From positions 71,514,785 through 71,578,784 of the forward strand of contig NC_068986.1 in assembly GCF_001194135.2 (NCBI RefSeq): a stretch of DNA of 64,000 nt. The letters run 5' to 3'. The stretch comes from Octopus bimaculoides (taxonomy: Eukaryota). The notes below the pieces were generated by a model. That model had not been told where the DNA came from, ran no database searches, and worked only from the letters and a program-made list of their open reading frames with translations. Made by a program: the position numbers and the translations under genes. Shown here piece by piece: positions 23,830 through 38,867 of this stretch; positions within the stretch are counted from its first letter, which is position 1, and each line of letters starts with the position of its first letter.

Positions 23830-26800
23830 GATATTAATAATGAAAGGAAGTGGGTGACCTTCTCCATGTCCTGATTAATGATACATCTAGTGAAAGTGTT
23901 ACAATAAAAACACTGGTAATTGCGTAACCTGATAATTGCTACCTCATATGAGTGACAATGAATAAACAAGATACTGTGAATAACGGTGGTAATGAAACTG
24001 AAGCGATTGATGGTGACAGTGTTGCACCCGGCAGGCTCATAGACTCTGGTCCGGCTCCAGCCTGCCGATATCCAGAAATGGACCGCTACACACGGCGTAG
24101 ATGGAGCAAGCAAATTAATGCTTTGGTCATGGAGTGTTACTACCTGAGCAACCCGGTAGATGAAAATGGTGCTCAAATGAGGGGTTACCGACAACGTATG
24201 TATGATCATCGGAGGGAAAGGGATTGTTTCAACAGAGACTATGTGATCAAGCTAGAGCAATAAGAAAAAAATCGCTGGTTGACAGAAGTACAGATCGAAG
24301 CTATGAAAAGACAGGTCTTGGAAAATAGCAGCAGAGATAACGATGAAAATTCGGTTCTTACTAATAGAAGTAATCTCATAGCACAGTAAAGGGGCAGTGG
24401 TAGTTTACTTGAGAGACATATAGATGATCTAGAAGAAGACAATAAAACTAATGGCGACATGACATGAACAAAAGGCAATCTACGACAGAATAAGGGCAAG
24501 ACTACAGGAGCACGATAGCGACATTATTTGCAACCTTAAAAAGGTTGATCGGTGGAAATTGAGCCAAGAAACGAAAAATGTCAATGAAATTCTGAAATAC
24601 ATCAGAACAAACGACATCACAAAAACAAATAATTTGGTCAAGGCAGCAAGTATTGTTGTAGCAGAAAACGTGGGAGTTGATGTCAAGAAAAGAAATATAA
24701 TGGGAGTGACAAAAGAAAAGATCCATGGTGGAAAAAGAAGAATCCAGGCAGGGTTAGATTTGCTCTCGAAGAAAATTTCTATGTTAGACCGAAAAGAGAA
24801 AGAAGAGCTTAAAAATGAACAAAACTACTGGGCGCTGAAAAGGAAGTACAATATTGAGTGAAAGGGCCTGAAAGTGGTAATGGAGAAACTGTAACAGCGC
24901 CTCGTTGCAAAGAAAGCAAAGATGGTAAGATACGACCAAAGAGTAAAGGGTTACCACCAGAATAGGTTATTCAGAGTAGATCAGAAGAGATTCTATAAAG
25001 AAATAAATTGAGAGTGTACTGATGAAAAGTTGATAGCATTGAAATTCAAAGGTTTTGTAGTGACATCTGGAGCAAAGACAAGGAGCACAAGAAGGATGCT
25101 GAATGATTGCAAGAACTGAAACAAACAGTAATCTGTACAAAACAGGTAGAATTAGTAATTTCAGTTAGGGAAGTGAAGGAAATCAGCAAAATGATGAGCA
25201 ACTGGATGGCCCCGGGACCAGATAGAGTTCAAGGCTACTGGATCAAAAGATTTGGTGAATGTCATGCACGAATGGCTGCGCAACTCAACACTGTTAAATG
25301 CCGACCAAAGAACACCAGAGTGGTTAACATTGGGTAGGACAGTGCTGTGCTTAAAAAACATCAAAGCAGCAATACGGTTGACAATTACAGGTCGATATTC
25401 TGGTTGCCACTGTTGTAGAAATTATTGCTTGGAATACTCGCAGAGTCAATGTACGAATATCTGGAAAAAAATGGAGTCCTGCCACATAAGCAGAAGGGTT
25501 GCAAGCGTAGGTTTAGAGGTATCAACTCCTGATAGACAAAACTGTACTTAGAGTCTGCAAGAGGAGGAAAAGTAACTAAGCCATATCATGGATCGATTAT
25601 CGTAAGGCGTAGGATATGATCCTATACTCTTGGATAATGGAATGTATGAACCTATTTGGTATTGCATCGAATGTTGGAAAAAATATGGCGAATTGGAGGA
25701 CGGACCTGACAGCATACGGAAGAAGTTTAGGGACAGTAGAAATCAGGAGGGGCGTCTTACAAGGAGACTGATCTTTGTACTGTGCTTGCTACCGCTAACA
25801 CTGACTTTGGAGTGGGGAGGTTATGAAGCAGATAGAAGAGACGGGCTATAAGTACTTGGGGATTTTGGAAATGAATAAACTGATGGAGAAAGAAACGACA
25901 GAAAAAATTAAGGTGGAGTACCTATGCAGACTGAGACTGATCCTTAAGTCGAAATTAAACGGACGGAATAGGATTGAAGCTATCAGTACCTGGTCGATTT
26001 CACTGCTTAGATATGGAACAGGGGTAATCGCATGGACAGTAGACGAACTAAACAGCTTAGACAGAAAGACAAGGAAGTTGTTAACTAGATATGGGACACT
26101 CCACCCAAAAAGTGACACAGATAGGCTATATGCACCAAGAAAAAGAGGAGGGAGAGGACTTATTCTTCTGCATTAGAGCAGAAGAAAACAACATAGCATG
26201 GTATGTAAAAAATGCTACAGAACTGCTATTATTAGAAGAAGGTCAGGCTTGTGTAGGTTGAAAGATTGCAAAGATAAAACAAGCACTGTAGAAGCAATTG
26301 AAAACGAATGAAACTGAAAATAGGTGGGTAAAGAAAAGAATGCATGGACAATTTCATAGGGATGTTGAAGATAAGACAGAGAAGAAAGATGACTGTGGAT
26401 GACTAAAAGTGATTTAAAACCGGAAACGGAGGCTCTAGTCTGTGCTACCCAAGAGCAAGCACTAAGAACAAGCTACATAAAATACAGAATAGACAACACA
26501 TCAGAAAGTGATAACTGCAGAATCTCTGAACAAAATGGTGAAACCGAAGGCATACTATCAGCCAATGTACGCCACTAGCCCAGAAGAAATATAAGAGACG
26601 CCACGACAATAGACACTTTGCAACAAGTATGGACTTGACAGAGCAAAAAATTGGTACGACCACAAACCCGAAGGCATCATCGAAAATGATAATGCAAAGA
26701 TCCTATGGGATTTTATGATTCAGTATGACCATGGGATAAAGAATAGGAAGCCAGACATAGTCTTAATTGATAAAGAAAACAAATTATGCTGGATCATAGA

Positions 26801-27128
26801 TATAGCATGTCCAGCTTACAACAAGGTATGCGAACAGGAAGAAAATAAAGTCGATAGATATGACAGTTTAGCTTGGGAGGTTAAGCAGTTGTGGTCGATG
26901 AAAAAGGTGATAGTAGTACTAATAATTGTCGGAGCCCTGGCAACAGTGAGTAAAAATCTCGAGAAGTACATGGAACAAATAGGGGCTGCAATAAGGGTGT
27001 AGCACTTGCAGAAAATAGCACTGTTTGGAATCGGTTGAATACTCCGGAAGGTGCTCGAAAAATATGAGGTGTTATATTAGTTCACTGACACCGTAGTATA
27101 TTTCCAGCGTTAGAAACCCAGCAAAGGC
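23830..27128 (+). mobile_element. R4/Dong-like non-LTR retrotransposon, near full length, decayed
   Basis: N-terminal RRRWSKQINALVMECYYLSNP..RGYRQRM; RT pieces (NWMAPGPDRVQGYWIKRF, YKYLGILE, LYAPRKRGGRGL; YxDD segment appears deleted); CCHC region; REL (NRKPDIVLID..DIACP..KVDRYDSL..IVGAL); ends in (TAA)n. Confidence 0.92.
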
Positions 27129-27988
<860 letters not shown>

Positions 27989-28004
27989 AATAATAATAAT
28001 AATT

Positions 28005-28212
28005 CGAATTTTGGCACAAGATCAGCAATTTCGGGTAGTGAAAAGTCGAATATATCGACCCCAGTACTCAACTGGTAATTATTTTGTTGACTCCGAGAGG
28101 ATGAAATGCAAAGTCGACCTCAGTGGCATTTGAACTCAGAATGTAAAAAACGAGCGAAATGTCAGTAACCATTTTACCTGGCGTGCTAACGTTTCTGCAG
28201 CATCGCCGACTT
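28005..28212 (-). mobile_element. SINE family A
   Basis: Reverse-complement match to 8228-8440. Confidence 0.8.
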
Positions 28213-29569
28213 AATTATAATAATAGCAATAATGATAGTGATGATGAAGTGTAAAAGTGTCTGTGTTTCTTCGTAGTCAAATGTTACTCTCATGTTACAA
28301 CAAAATACGTTTCAACAATGTTAAAAAAAAAATGTGCGAGAACTGTTATAAAGCTGTTGTCAAAACCTTGAGTTGCTACGAGTCCCAATTATATTAGCGA
28401 AGGTACACGTTAGATATATGTACTACTCATACGACAACTAACAGTTAACATAGACACACTTTCCTCTATATACACTCATAGCCTACCAAGAGTCTGATTT
28501 CAGCTTCCACACATATCGTTTCCCCTGACCACTTTGTATAACTGTGACATTAACTTTCACATAATCCTTCAAATTCTCACCATTTTACAGTCTCACAGCT
28601 GTTTCATCATAAGTAGCTGCACTTGAAGTACAGGTATTCTTTTTTTACATGCGTTATTTCACTCTACCATCTTGCGGCTTAGCACTTTTTTGGTATGGCA
28701 TTCCTCGTAAAACTGATTTGTTTTTATTTGTTTTTGTATTGGAAGCTTTAGTATTTTTTTTTTGTTGCTACTTTTCCCTTTCTTAACCTTCTATGATTTT
28801 AGTGCCCTTTTTTTGTTACTCGTATCTAAAATATCATCGTCACCAAAGATTATTCTCTTTGTTGTATTTCCTTTAGTTTTCTATGTTAGCGTTTACACTA
28901 GTTCTTCAACACGTGCATGTTCTATTGCCAAGAGATGAGCAAACCTTCGCTTCTATTTTTAAGATGGAAAATACTAGTGTTAAAGAATTTTTGCAGTGAA
29001 TATTTTTACCAATTTCTGCGATAAATGATTCGTTGATTACAGAAAATTTGTAATATTTGACCCTCGCTGTCTTTACTTTAATTATACGCTTCAATGTAAT
29101 TATATGCTTCAACATAATTTTTATGGTTAATATGATTAAATTGTGGCGACACCTCTTGTCTGCAAATGGAAAGGTTCTCATTTTATTTCCATTTATGCTG
29201 GTTGCATAATGCGTATTAATCAGAATAAACATTATTCTGCGCATGTGTGATGCCATCTAGAGCTGTCCATGTTACTTTGCTTAATGTCTTGCGATGCTAT
29301 TTTGTATCTATTTGTATTTTAAGTTTTCGAATTTGGATAATTCTAGTAGCCTGAGACGCACAAAAATGAGCACGCGCGCACACAAATATACTCATACCAT
29401 ACAGACACACAGACAGACACACACAATACACACATAGACACTTTCTTTGCATAGCACAGAGTTTATAAGAAGAGTTAAAATATTGTAAATATGGTAACCG
29501 TTGGTGAAATAATGAGACACACATGTATGTTACATATATTTATGATCTATATATTTATGAGTGCGTATT

Positions 29570-29606
<37 letters not shown>

Positions 29607-31139
29607 ATGTATGTGTTTGTGTGTGCGAGTGTGTCTTTGTGCAACAGGATCTCGCATAGTTTCCGTTGTTAAAATTCAATTCATATTCATATGTCAACCG
29701 ACTTAAGAGAATCCTTCCAGGAGTGCAATGTGGACAGAACGAAATGAAAACTTCGAGGTTGCGAAGGGAACTTCTTCACCACGCAGTTGTCTACTCCTGT
29801 AAACTTTATAACTTCAATGATTTTAGCTGCGGGCATAAATTTTTTGAGTATTCAACTTTCAATTACAATGATTTAAATGCATACTTTCAAACGTACGCAT
29901 ATATTCTGTGTTAAGAAGGCTTTTAAAGTTTTAATAAATGTTTTAAACATTATCATTATGTTAATAGCTCCTGATTATAGTTTTAAAGTAGATCAGAAAT
30001 TTAACAAAAATAACAATTTGAAGTACGCAGAATATATAAAAGGAACACTTCCTTTCTTAGATCAGCAGATTTCCTCAGAATATTTCTCACAAAATTAGAT
30101 TTGAACAGCGTCTTCAACACCACTAAATTTATTTCAACAATTTGACAATATTATACATTTAAATCGATTTAATTTAACTAGTATTAGTTAAATTATAATT
30201 ATTCATCAATTAAAGTAATCCAAACGAATTTAATAAAGCTGATCAATATTCTGCCCAAGTATGTTCAGTTCTCCTAAACACACATGGAATGTGAAAGAAG
30301 TGCAATTTAAAAATTATTCAGAATACTCGATTGCTCTTAAACACCTTTCACCGACTTCAGAGTAACCAATAAAAAATAAAATATGCAATGAAGTGTATAA
30401 CAATTTTCAGTTGACACAACTTCGACAAAGTAAAATATATAATACATTGTACACGATCTGTAAATACTATTTCTAATCTTTCAAGCAAAATTTTTCCTTA
30501 ATTTCTCTCTATCTTGGTAATGTTTATGATATATTTCTTGTAGAATGGTCCGTTGAGAATATGTAATTCCATAAGGAGAATAAGTTGTTCTGCTAATTGA
30601 GACGGCACGGAATAATTAATAGAGGGATTCCTAATTTGTATTGGTCAGTCATAAATGGTCTTTCACTTTTTGTCGACAATAAACATCAACGTAGCTGACT
30701 TCAGTCTGTCCCTTGTGCATACGCACTCTTTAGATACTTGACACTTCGACGTAGTTCGACGCGAACTTTGTACGGGACAGGTTATATTTTGTGTGCTTGG
30801 AATCTCCTTGAAAATGGGGAGTCAAAACAAATATCGACACCTCATGCTTGAACCTCGCTGGTCAACAGAAATTAACAGCGACAACAAACCAAATTATACG
30901 ACTAGGATGATTGCAGAAATTCAAATCGCGTGTTGAAAATCATCTGCATTAACTTAATTACCAAAGTAGACACGATATTTGGGTTCAGCATCTGTTGAAT
31001 ACAGCTAACCTTCCTCAACAAATTTCCATATCTGATTGGTTGTAGAAAGGTAGGGATAACGATTCATTTTTTAATAGAATGATGACAGGGAACAAAAATA
31101 GATAATTTATAGCAATGTGAAGCTCAAACAATCATAGGG

Positions 31140-31550
31140 AAAGGTTAGGTATCCAATTTAGTGGGATTAGAAGGGTGCTGTCTTTTACGAACTTCTTTCT
31201 ACGGACAGGACCGCCAAGTCGGACGCGTACTGTGACCAACTGGAGAAATTAAACTCAGCGATCCAGCCATGGCAATGCCAGACCGCACACTTTTTCGCTG
31301 ATGAAGCGCAAGTTAGTGGAACCTGGCTGGGAAGTTTTGCCGCACCTTCCATATTCGCGCCCGACATAACACTTTCAGATATTCACTTATCTCAGTCCCT
31401 TCAAAATTCATTGAATAGACATACCTTCAACTCTGAAGTGGATGTAAAGTTCACCTGGAACAGCTTTCGTAAGTAAAGACGGAAATTCCTTGAGTAAGAT
31501 AGAATATACTTGAACGAAACGGGATAGTTATAACATTGATTGAATAAATT
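31140..31550 (+). mobile_element. Mariner transposase C-terminal fragment
   Basis: WD*KGAVFYELL..YCDQLEKLNSAI..HGNARPH..GWEVLPHLPYS..SLQNSLN. Confidence 0.85.
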
Positions 31551-32553
31551 GCTCTGTGCTTTCACACTTGCTTTAAAAAATTTCACTGTTTAATAAATTA
31601 TCAATCGTGATAAATTTGTGTCCAACAGGACAACTAGGTGTAGAAGAGCCCATGCGACTACAAAAATCAGCTATTGAATACAATATTATTTATGGTCTAT
31701 ATTTAGATAATTTAGCGTTATAGCATTTGATATACAACTCAATTAAAGCAGCTAATTTCCATTTCTTTTTCGGAAAGACTCAGAAATGTGTGACATGCAA
31801 TGACTTTATTCTCATCTTGTCATCGAAGCATAGACCCTACCTTACCGAAGTAATCGTGAGTCACTTCGTAAATGCATTGGCTGGCATAGAAAATAGATTT
31901 ATAGATTGCGTTAGAAAATAAATAATTTAGAGACAACGAAGTTAAATTTATGCTGACATATTTAATGCACGAAGCATTACAACTGACTAAGCCAACATTC
32001 TGACAGCAGATATTACCAAAAAATCCTGGATAGCTTTCTGCATTCATGGATATTCAATCAATGTAGTTAAATTAATTATCACTATAAATAATCTCTATTG
32101 GTTATGGTGTTCATATTATAACTGGAGAACGGAATTAATATTGTATCACAAGGAATGATTCCTAAAACAAACAATTTATTCCGGAAATAGAATATTCAAG
32201 TATAATTTGCTCTCAGCATTTCTGTTCAGTTTGGCACTTGTCTAGTTTACTACTCTAAATTTCATTGGAAGTTGCTGAGACCAAGATCTGTTGCTCACTA
32301 TGCATAGACGATAAATCAAAGACTAATTCCGTAAACAGTAACATAAAAAAACAAAAAATAAAAAAATAAAAAGCTAGAAAGCAACAAAATCCCTAACGTT
32401 CTCAGAAGCCGAATATTCAATATAGTGAACAAGAATTTACCAGAAATATTATATACATTTATCTATTGACGCATCAAATTATATAGAGACTTAAGCATGC
32501 ATGCAAAAACGGACACATGCCTCACACAGGCAGTACATGCGTTAAAAACTTAC

Positions 32554-32620
32554 TTCACAACAATTGCATGTCTTGTCAATGACGTTAATGATCAACTGAA
32601 CTTTCTGCAAGTGGATACCT
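32554..32620 (-). other. Candidate internal exon (67 nt)
   Basis: Long pyrimidine tract ending CCCTAG, donor GAA/GTAAGT; one open frame GIHLQKVQLIINVIDKTCNCCE. Confidence 0.35.
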
Positions 32621-32855
32621 CTAGGGAAAGTATGAATTGAAAGGGTTGCAGTAAAAGATTTTGAGTCAGAATAAGAATAGAGAAAAGAGAATTTTGTGAT
32701 TCGAATGGAAATGTTTAAGTTTGTGCACAACTTTCTCATACAGTGCAGCGGAAACTGAAGCACCCGTAACAGTGTCAAGGGCAGAATACAGAGTCAGTTA
32801 ATGTGTTTGTGAGTAAAGATTTGCTAATCCATCAGATGACCTTTATTTGTTTTAG

Positions 32856-32933
32856 AATATCTGTTCCTATAGCAGCTGCTTTTCCCAGTTATGTGAATAT
32901 TACTGCAATATGGGTCTGACATTAAGATTTTCG
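32856..32933 (+). other. Candidate exon (78 nt)
   Basis: CTAAT...CTTTATTTGTTTTAG acceptor, TCG/GTGAGA donor; one open frame NICSYSSCFSQLCEYYCNMGLTLRFS. Confidence 0.25.
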
Positions 32934-33151
32934 GTGAGAAGCTCTTCAATACTGAAATGGTTTCTTGACATGATGTTCAAATATGTCCTTTGCAACCAAC
33001 TTTCATATATAGTCACCTCGAAAAACCACCTGAGATTATGAGGCTTAAAATTATGATAAGTTTTAGTTGTGAGTGGTTGATGAGGAGAGACCATAGTTTC
33101 TTTAACATCTATTGTGGCATTTCAAAGAAATTACGTTATGTTCCAATTAGG

Positions 33152-33185
<34 letters not shown>

Positions 33186-33457
33186 AATAATGAAGATAGG
33201 TATTGTTCATAGGACTTCTCGATCAGGGCTGACTTGGGTAGCTAAACGAAAGCACGTTTAGTAATAACAGACCTACTTCTAACAGGTGGTAGTGACTGTA
33301 CTAATGGTTGTGTTCGTGTTGATGGAGACGGGTAATAGTTATGAAGGTGATGATCAGCCGCGATGAAATATTGATACAAATCTATTCTATAACGTTTTTG
33401 AAGCAAATGACATCAATGTTATTTCTTATCAAGTTAATTATCTAATGAATTTTGGTG

Positions 33458-33499
<42 letters not shown>

Positions 33500-33587
33500 A
33501 ACTATAAATCTTGATATCATGTCATTTCCTGAAGTGTTATATATTGCTATTGCTCAGAATTTGCATATTGACTGCTTTCCGTTGCAG

Positions 33588-33662
33588 TGTCACGCCAACG
33601 TCTAGTTTAGGAGAAGGATCTCACGTCTATCAGAAAATATACAGGCACTAAGAATAAGACTG
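33588..33662 (+). other. Candidate non-coding exon (75 nt)
   Basis: CTGCTTTCCGTTGCAG acceptor, CTG/GTGAGA donor; stops in all three frames. Confidence 0.2.
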
Positions 33663-33867
33663 GTGAGAAGTAATCATTCTCTCTCTTCTGAACGAGAACA
33701 GATAATGCATTGAATAAATTATTTGCAGATGGGTTATAAATTCATCTTTTCATCTTTTCATCACGATTATATTAAAGTACGTTGCTCGGCTTATATTGAT
33801 CAGAGAAGGCTAGAAAACAAAATCAAAAATAAGAGAACATTAATTCTGAATCATATGGAAGTGATGT

Positions 33868-33874
33868 CTTTCTT

Positions 33875-33934
<60 letters not shown>

Positions 33935-33935
33935 T
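33868..33935. repeat. (CT)/(TTTC)n microsatellite
   Basis: Directly visible. Confidence 0.9.
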
Positions 33936-34145
33936 GTTGTAAGCTGTGTAATTTTCCTTTCCTCTTTGATGATACCTCGCTTGTTTCAATTGATAGGTAA
34001 TATTTGATTTTCTCTTCCTTTTTGCTTTTCTCTACCGCTGTCCTTTGTTTTCTGCAATGCTTTTGGTGTTAGAATTTGCTATAACTCTTAATCTTTGTAC
34101 ACACGTGACAATGTACTATCTATAGGGAAAATACGATCTATTTTT

Positions 34146-34176
<31 letters not shown>

Positions 34177-34649
34177 NNNNNNNNNNNNNNNNNNNNNNNN
34201 NNNNNNNNNNNNNNNNNNNNNNNNNNNNNNNNNNNNNNNNNNNNNNNNNNNNNNNNNNNNNNNNNNNNNNNNNNNNNNNNNNNNNNNNNNNNNNNNNNNN
34301 NNNNNNNNNNNNNNNNNNNNNNNNNNNNNNNNNNNNNNNNNNNNNNNNNNNNNNNNNNNNNNNNNNNNNNNNNNNNNNNNNNNNNNNNNNNNNNNNNNNN
34401 NNNNNNNNNNNNNNNNNNNNNNNNNNNNNNNNNNNTTATATATATATATAAGAAAAAGTGATGATAGGAAAAACAATAGTTATGTTATGAACTTCATTAG
34501 CTTATAGCTAAGCTTCTGCTATGAGATGTCGTGGACTCGTTAGGCCAATACAAATTCTCATTGGTAACGCCTGGGAGAAAATTTTGAAAAGATATAGAAT
34601 AAATAGAAGAGAAGAAAATAAAACAAAAGAGAAAAATGTCAAGAGGCAA

Positions 34650-34725
34650 GGGTCAGTGGGGTCGATGTAATCGACTTATCCACCACCCCGAAATTGCTGG
34701 CTTTGTGCCAAAATTTGAAACCGGT
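34650..34725 (+). mobile_element. SINE family A 3' fragment
   Basis: GGGGTCGATGTAATCGACTTA...AAATTGCTGGC.TTGTGCCAAAATTTGAA. Confidence 0.6.
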
Positions 34726-35759
34726 ATTTAGATAAATCTACCATGACAGAATTTACTATCCTCACATATTTCCCACCTAATTCTTGAGAATTCCCTAATC
34801 AGCTGAGCCTGGCTAGTTTTAGTAAAAAATATATTGTCCGAGTCATAACTATATGTTTTTCGTCGCGATGTGAAATTAGGCCCCGTGACTAGATCAACAG
34901 AGCTTTTCGACAGGAATCGAACCGACTGATTCCGTCGATAATACGACTCAACGAAGTTACCGAAACATTGTAACAGGAAGCTACTTAGAAAATTACGATC
35001 ACGACTGTGAATAGTATAACACGCTTGCAAAATAGTACAAAATTGTTGCTAAAGTACAATGCAACGTGGATGAGTATACTTGGGAATACGACGCCGATGA
35101 GATGAAACATCCCTCGTTCTCGTTCACCTACGAAGAGAGTTGTCTCGTCTTATTAACGCAATTCCACAGTTAATAAGTGTATAAACAAAACGCTCACATT
35201 AAATGACCTCGGTGAAAGATAAAATATATATTCTTATCTATGCTGTAAGTGCAACGAAAATGTAAATATTTTTAACTCTCTTGAAATATAACCACAAAAT
35301 GTCAACTTCAGAGTTATTAATTGCTTTGCATTGTTTACACAAGAGTGTTGGACGGTCAGACATGTGGATCGAAGATTTTTCCATATATAAGTGTCTTAGT
35401 TTCTTTACATAAGTTTCTTAATACAACTGTTAAATTTCATTTTTATTCCCAATGATGTGTATGTAGTCGGAAAAAGATTCTGAAATCTTAGGCAGAATCA
35501 AAGTTGGTAGTAGATATATGGTAAAAGAAGTTGCTTTAACAAAATGCCAACCTTCACGAAACGCAACAATTTATGAAGACACAAATATATTCTCTATATG
35601 AATCGTTTCGATATTGAATTGTCAATAGTCTAACACACAACACCTTTCACAAAATAATAATACCAGCGAAAGATTCAATCGACTGTATATATACATATAT
35701 ATAGTTTTGTTTTCTTTTCTATTGAAAAATGTTGTAAATAGGTGATCAGAAAATACCAG

Positions 35760-36330
35760 CTGCAGTGGCTAGATGTGTGAACCAATATATGATGTTTGGA
35801 ATGGAACTAGTGCCGTATATCGAACTGCTGGAGTAGGTTCTTTATGATACAAAGGTGGTCTAGATTTAATACTATTGTCTCTCCTATGATGCTTTCGGTG
35901 TGTTTTACTCCAATAATTGTTATATGCATTGAAGTTTCTCTCAATGTGGTGTTGAGCTGTTGTTCGGTTGAGAAGCCTAGAAGAGAGATTTGTTAGAGTA
36001 GGGGTGGCATAGATATATTTCCCATGTTATTATGTTTCAATGTCTCCTATTAATATGTTTGAAAGTAATTGTTTGGGTTGTTTATGTACAGGATACCTGA
36101 TTTTAGCGATGTTATGAGGTATGAAGTATCAACAGCGGTTTAAATAGGATCTGCAATATAGGCGTGAAATTCGGGATTTGATGTGGCCTGTTTTTGGGTT
36201 TGGATAATAATTGTTATGAGAACGTCGTGTGTGAATTTTTTACATAAAGCCATTTTTATGTCGTTAGTGTGTACTGAGATATTTTTTGTTTTGTTTACTG
36301 GTGTATATTAGTTCTTATGGTTGCTGCTGT
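35760..36330 (-). mobile_element. Possible highly degraded LINE RT remnant
   Basis: Strand-biased composition and weak LGV / LY...RY-like traces only. Confidence 0.25.
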
Positions 36331-37211
36331 TTATTTTATGTTTGAAGCCTTTATGTTTATATTCATTGTTTAAATTCAGAGCAAACGAGAAAGGCGATGA
36401 TGGAGGCGTTTCCCATTATCTTAGTAGTGTTTTGTTGCGATATGAGGTTCGTTTATGCGCGGTTTTAATGTTTTGTGCTGTCAGCTTATATCGATGAGAT
36501 TACATTATTTCTTATTTAAGGCACACATCGGTTTTCAGACTTTCTCTGTTTGATGTTTGTGAATCTCTTATCGTTAGCAGAGTGTTACATCCATGATCAT
36601 CCAGTCTTCTCTTATAGTATATTTAGAACTGATTTATTCATCATATCCGTACATTTTAAGAAGGTATATTTGAGATTCAGCCGCTATATCTTGCATGCCG
36701 AAAATTTGCATCCATATTCAAAGTGCCTACTGAAGCTTAATCAAGAAATATTGGATTTAAATTTAGTTAGGAGCGCTTTTCAATCTTCTCAGCCTGTTAT
36801 ATTACATTTGATGTCTTCCACCTTTATATAACTAAATTATTAATTTAGTTTTATTGCTAACTGATGTCTAAAAGAGACAGCTAGTCCTGCCTTTAACCTT
36901 TTCTCTGTATCGGCATACTTTAAAAAAATATATATTGTTTGGTGGGTGGTGGTGGTGTTATTGCACAGTTTTTGGAGAAAAAGTTTTCAAAGAACAAATG
37001 TTGTTTTTTTTTATCAACGTTCAAGTTTTGTCCTTGCACATTGTTTCTTTTGTGTATATTGTGAATTTTTTCGCTGTACTTAACAATGCACTTTAATCTT
37101 ACTCTGTTTCGAATGGTGCTTCGCAGCTAGATTAATTTCTATAGTTTTATATTCCCTGCTCATTGTACAATTTGATATCCTTCACCTATACATATATGTG
37201 TATATATATAT

Positions 37212-37390
37212 ATGGAAAATTGAAAAATACTTAAACCAGACGACTGAATATATATATATATATATATATATANNNNNNNNNNNNNNNNNNNNNNNNNNNN
37301 NNNNNNNNNNNNNNNNNNNNNNNNNNNNNNNNNNNNNNNNNNNNNTATATATATTCAGTCGTCTGGTTTAAGTATTTTTCAATTTTCCAT
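37212..37390. repeat. Perfect 39-bp inverted repeat around (TA)n and an N gap
   Basis: ATGGAAAATTGAAAAATACTTAAACCAGACGACTGAATA (37212-50) and its exact reverse complement (37352-90). Confidence 0.85.
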
Positions 37391-38199
37391 TTCATTAATT
37401 CTGTTGATCATAAACATATATTATTTGTGTTTTATTCTTGCATTTGCTGCTTTCAATTGTGTACTAACAATGTATTATGTTGCTTTTGTTTATGTCAGTA
37501 GTTTCTTTTGAGTTGCATATTTTATAGTCACGCTATTCTCATTTGTGGAGAATTAATTGTTTATCATAATTTAATGGTAATCTATAGTCTATCAATTTTG
37601 TTTATTTTTTGGTTAATATATTCTAAATATGGTTCATTTTCATTTACAACAACCTGTTTATGGCTCCCTACCTTTACTGTCTGCTTTATAAAGTTTTCTA
37701 GTACTTCGAGTTGATTAATGTTGCTTATAACTATTAAAGAGAAAGGACTCTGTCCGTAATGTCAGAGTTTAGCTCTATTCAAGGTACAGGAACTGTTTAT
37801 TTTGTGAATATTTCATTTTTAGGGGTTATTGCCTGGTATGTTCTTCAAACTTCATTTGAATTAAGGAACCCCCTCATTTGTTATTGATCTGAATATGATA
37901 AATGAAATAGTCTTTGTTATATGGTATCAACTTAGGTTAATTTAAGTTTATTGCCGCGTAAGTCTTTCTTGTATTTCTCGTTCGTTTTCAATGCATTTGT
38001 TTCAACTTTTATAGTAGCAATAATGTATTGTTTCTCCACTTCATTGTATTCAAAACTCTTATTTTTGTATTTTTATTGATTCTTTCTGGAGAGATGTTTT
38101 GGCTACTGTAAGATCTCTGATACTAGTGGAATCGACGTAGTTAACACTCCTTTTTAACGGCTGCAAATTAAACATATGTAGGGTGGAAAGTACAGAAGT

Positions 38200-38760
38200 C
38201 AGACGTGTGTGCCAGCTACTGGTATGTTATAGTGAGTGACTGTATGTATAGCAGTACCAAAGTCTGAAATGTAAGAATCGTACTACAATGGGGTTAGTAG
38301 TTATCAAGGATGGAAGTACTTTCTAGCTCTGCAGAGGAAAGCCAGTGATGCAGCATTAGCGATGTTGAGAACTTGCGTTCGATAGAAGACATCGAAAATG
38401 ATAGTTTTGCAACGACTTTGAGAATCCTAGAGCCGGGTTTTTATTTTTAGGAGAGATAAGTTACAATAATAATTCTTCTTGATATGTGTAGTGATGACGT
38501 CTTTGAGAATTTGAAGATAAGTACATGATATGATCCAATTCAAGGTTGTTTCCCGGGTCTCTATTCACGTAGTCAGTTGGGATATTTTATAATAGATCCT
38601 TTAATAACACTTGAGTGCGGCGAATTGGAGTGAAAAATAAAGGGTGCTATAATGTTGATCGAAGCGTTGTGCGGTATCGTTGTATTCTGCTTTTAACACT
38701 CCCCAAGGTCGATAAAAGTGATTTTAATAAAGTATTTTCATCCTAAAATTTTCTGGTATT
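38200..38760 (-). mobile_element. L2/CR1-group LINE RT fragment
   Basis: Minus strand PWGSVKS (PQGSVLS-like) and IANAASLAFLCRARKYFHP**LLT. Confidence 0.5.
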
Positions 38761-38867
38761 ACGCCAAATTGTCATGGTATGAAATAGTATTGATACACTC
38801 AATTCAATTCTTTATTACAATTGTTTGCACTTGTCAAATAATAGCACTTGTGGTAGTCATAGTCGCA

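Noticed and set aside
28603-28637. Micro-exon-like segment (CACAG...CAG/GTATTC)
   Set aside because: Stops in all three frames and a weak donor.
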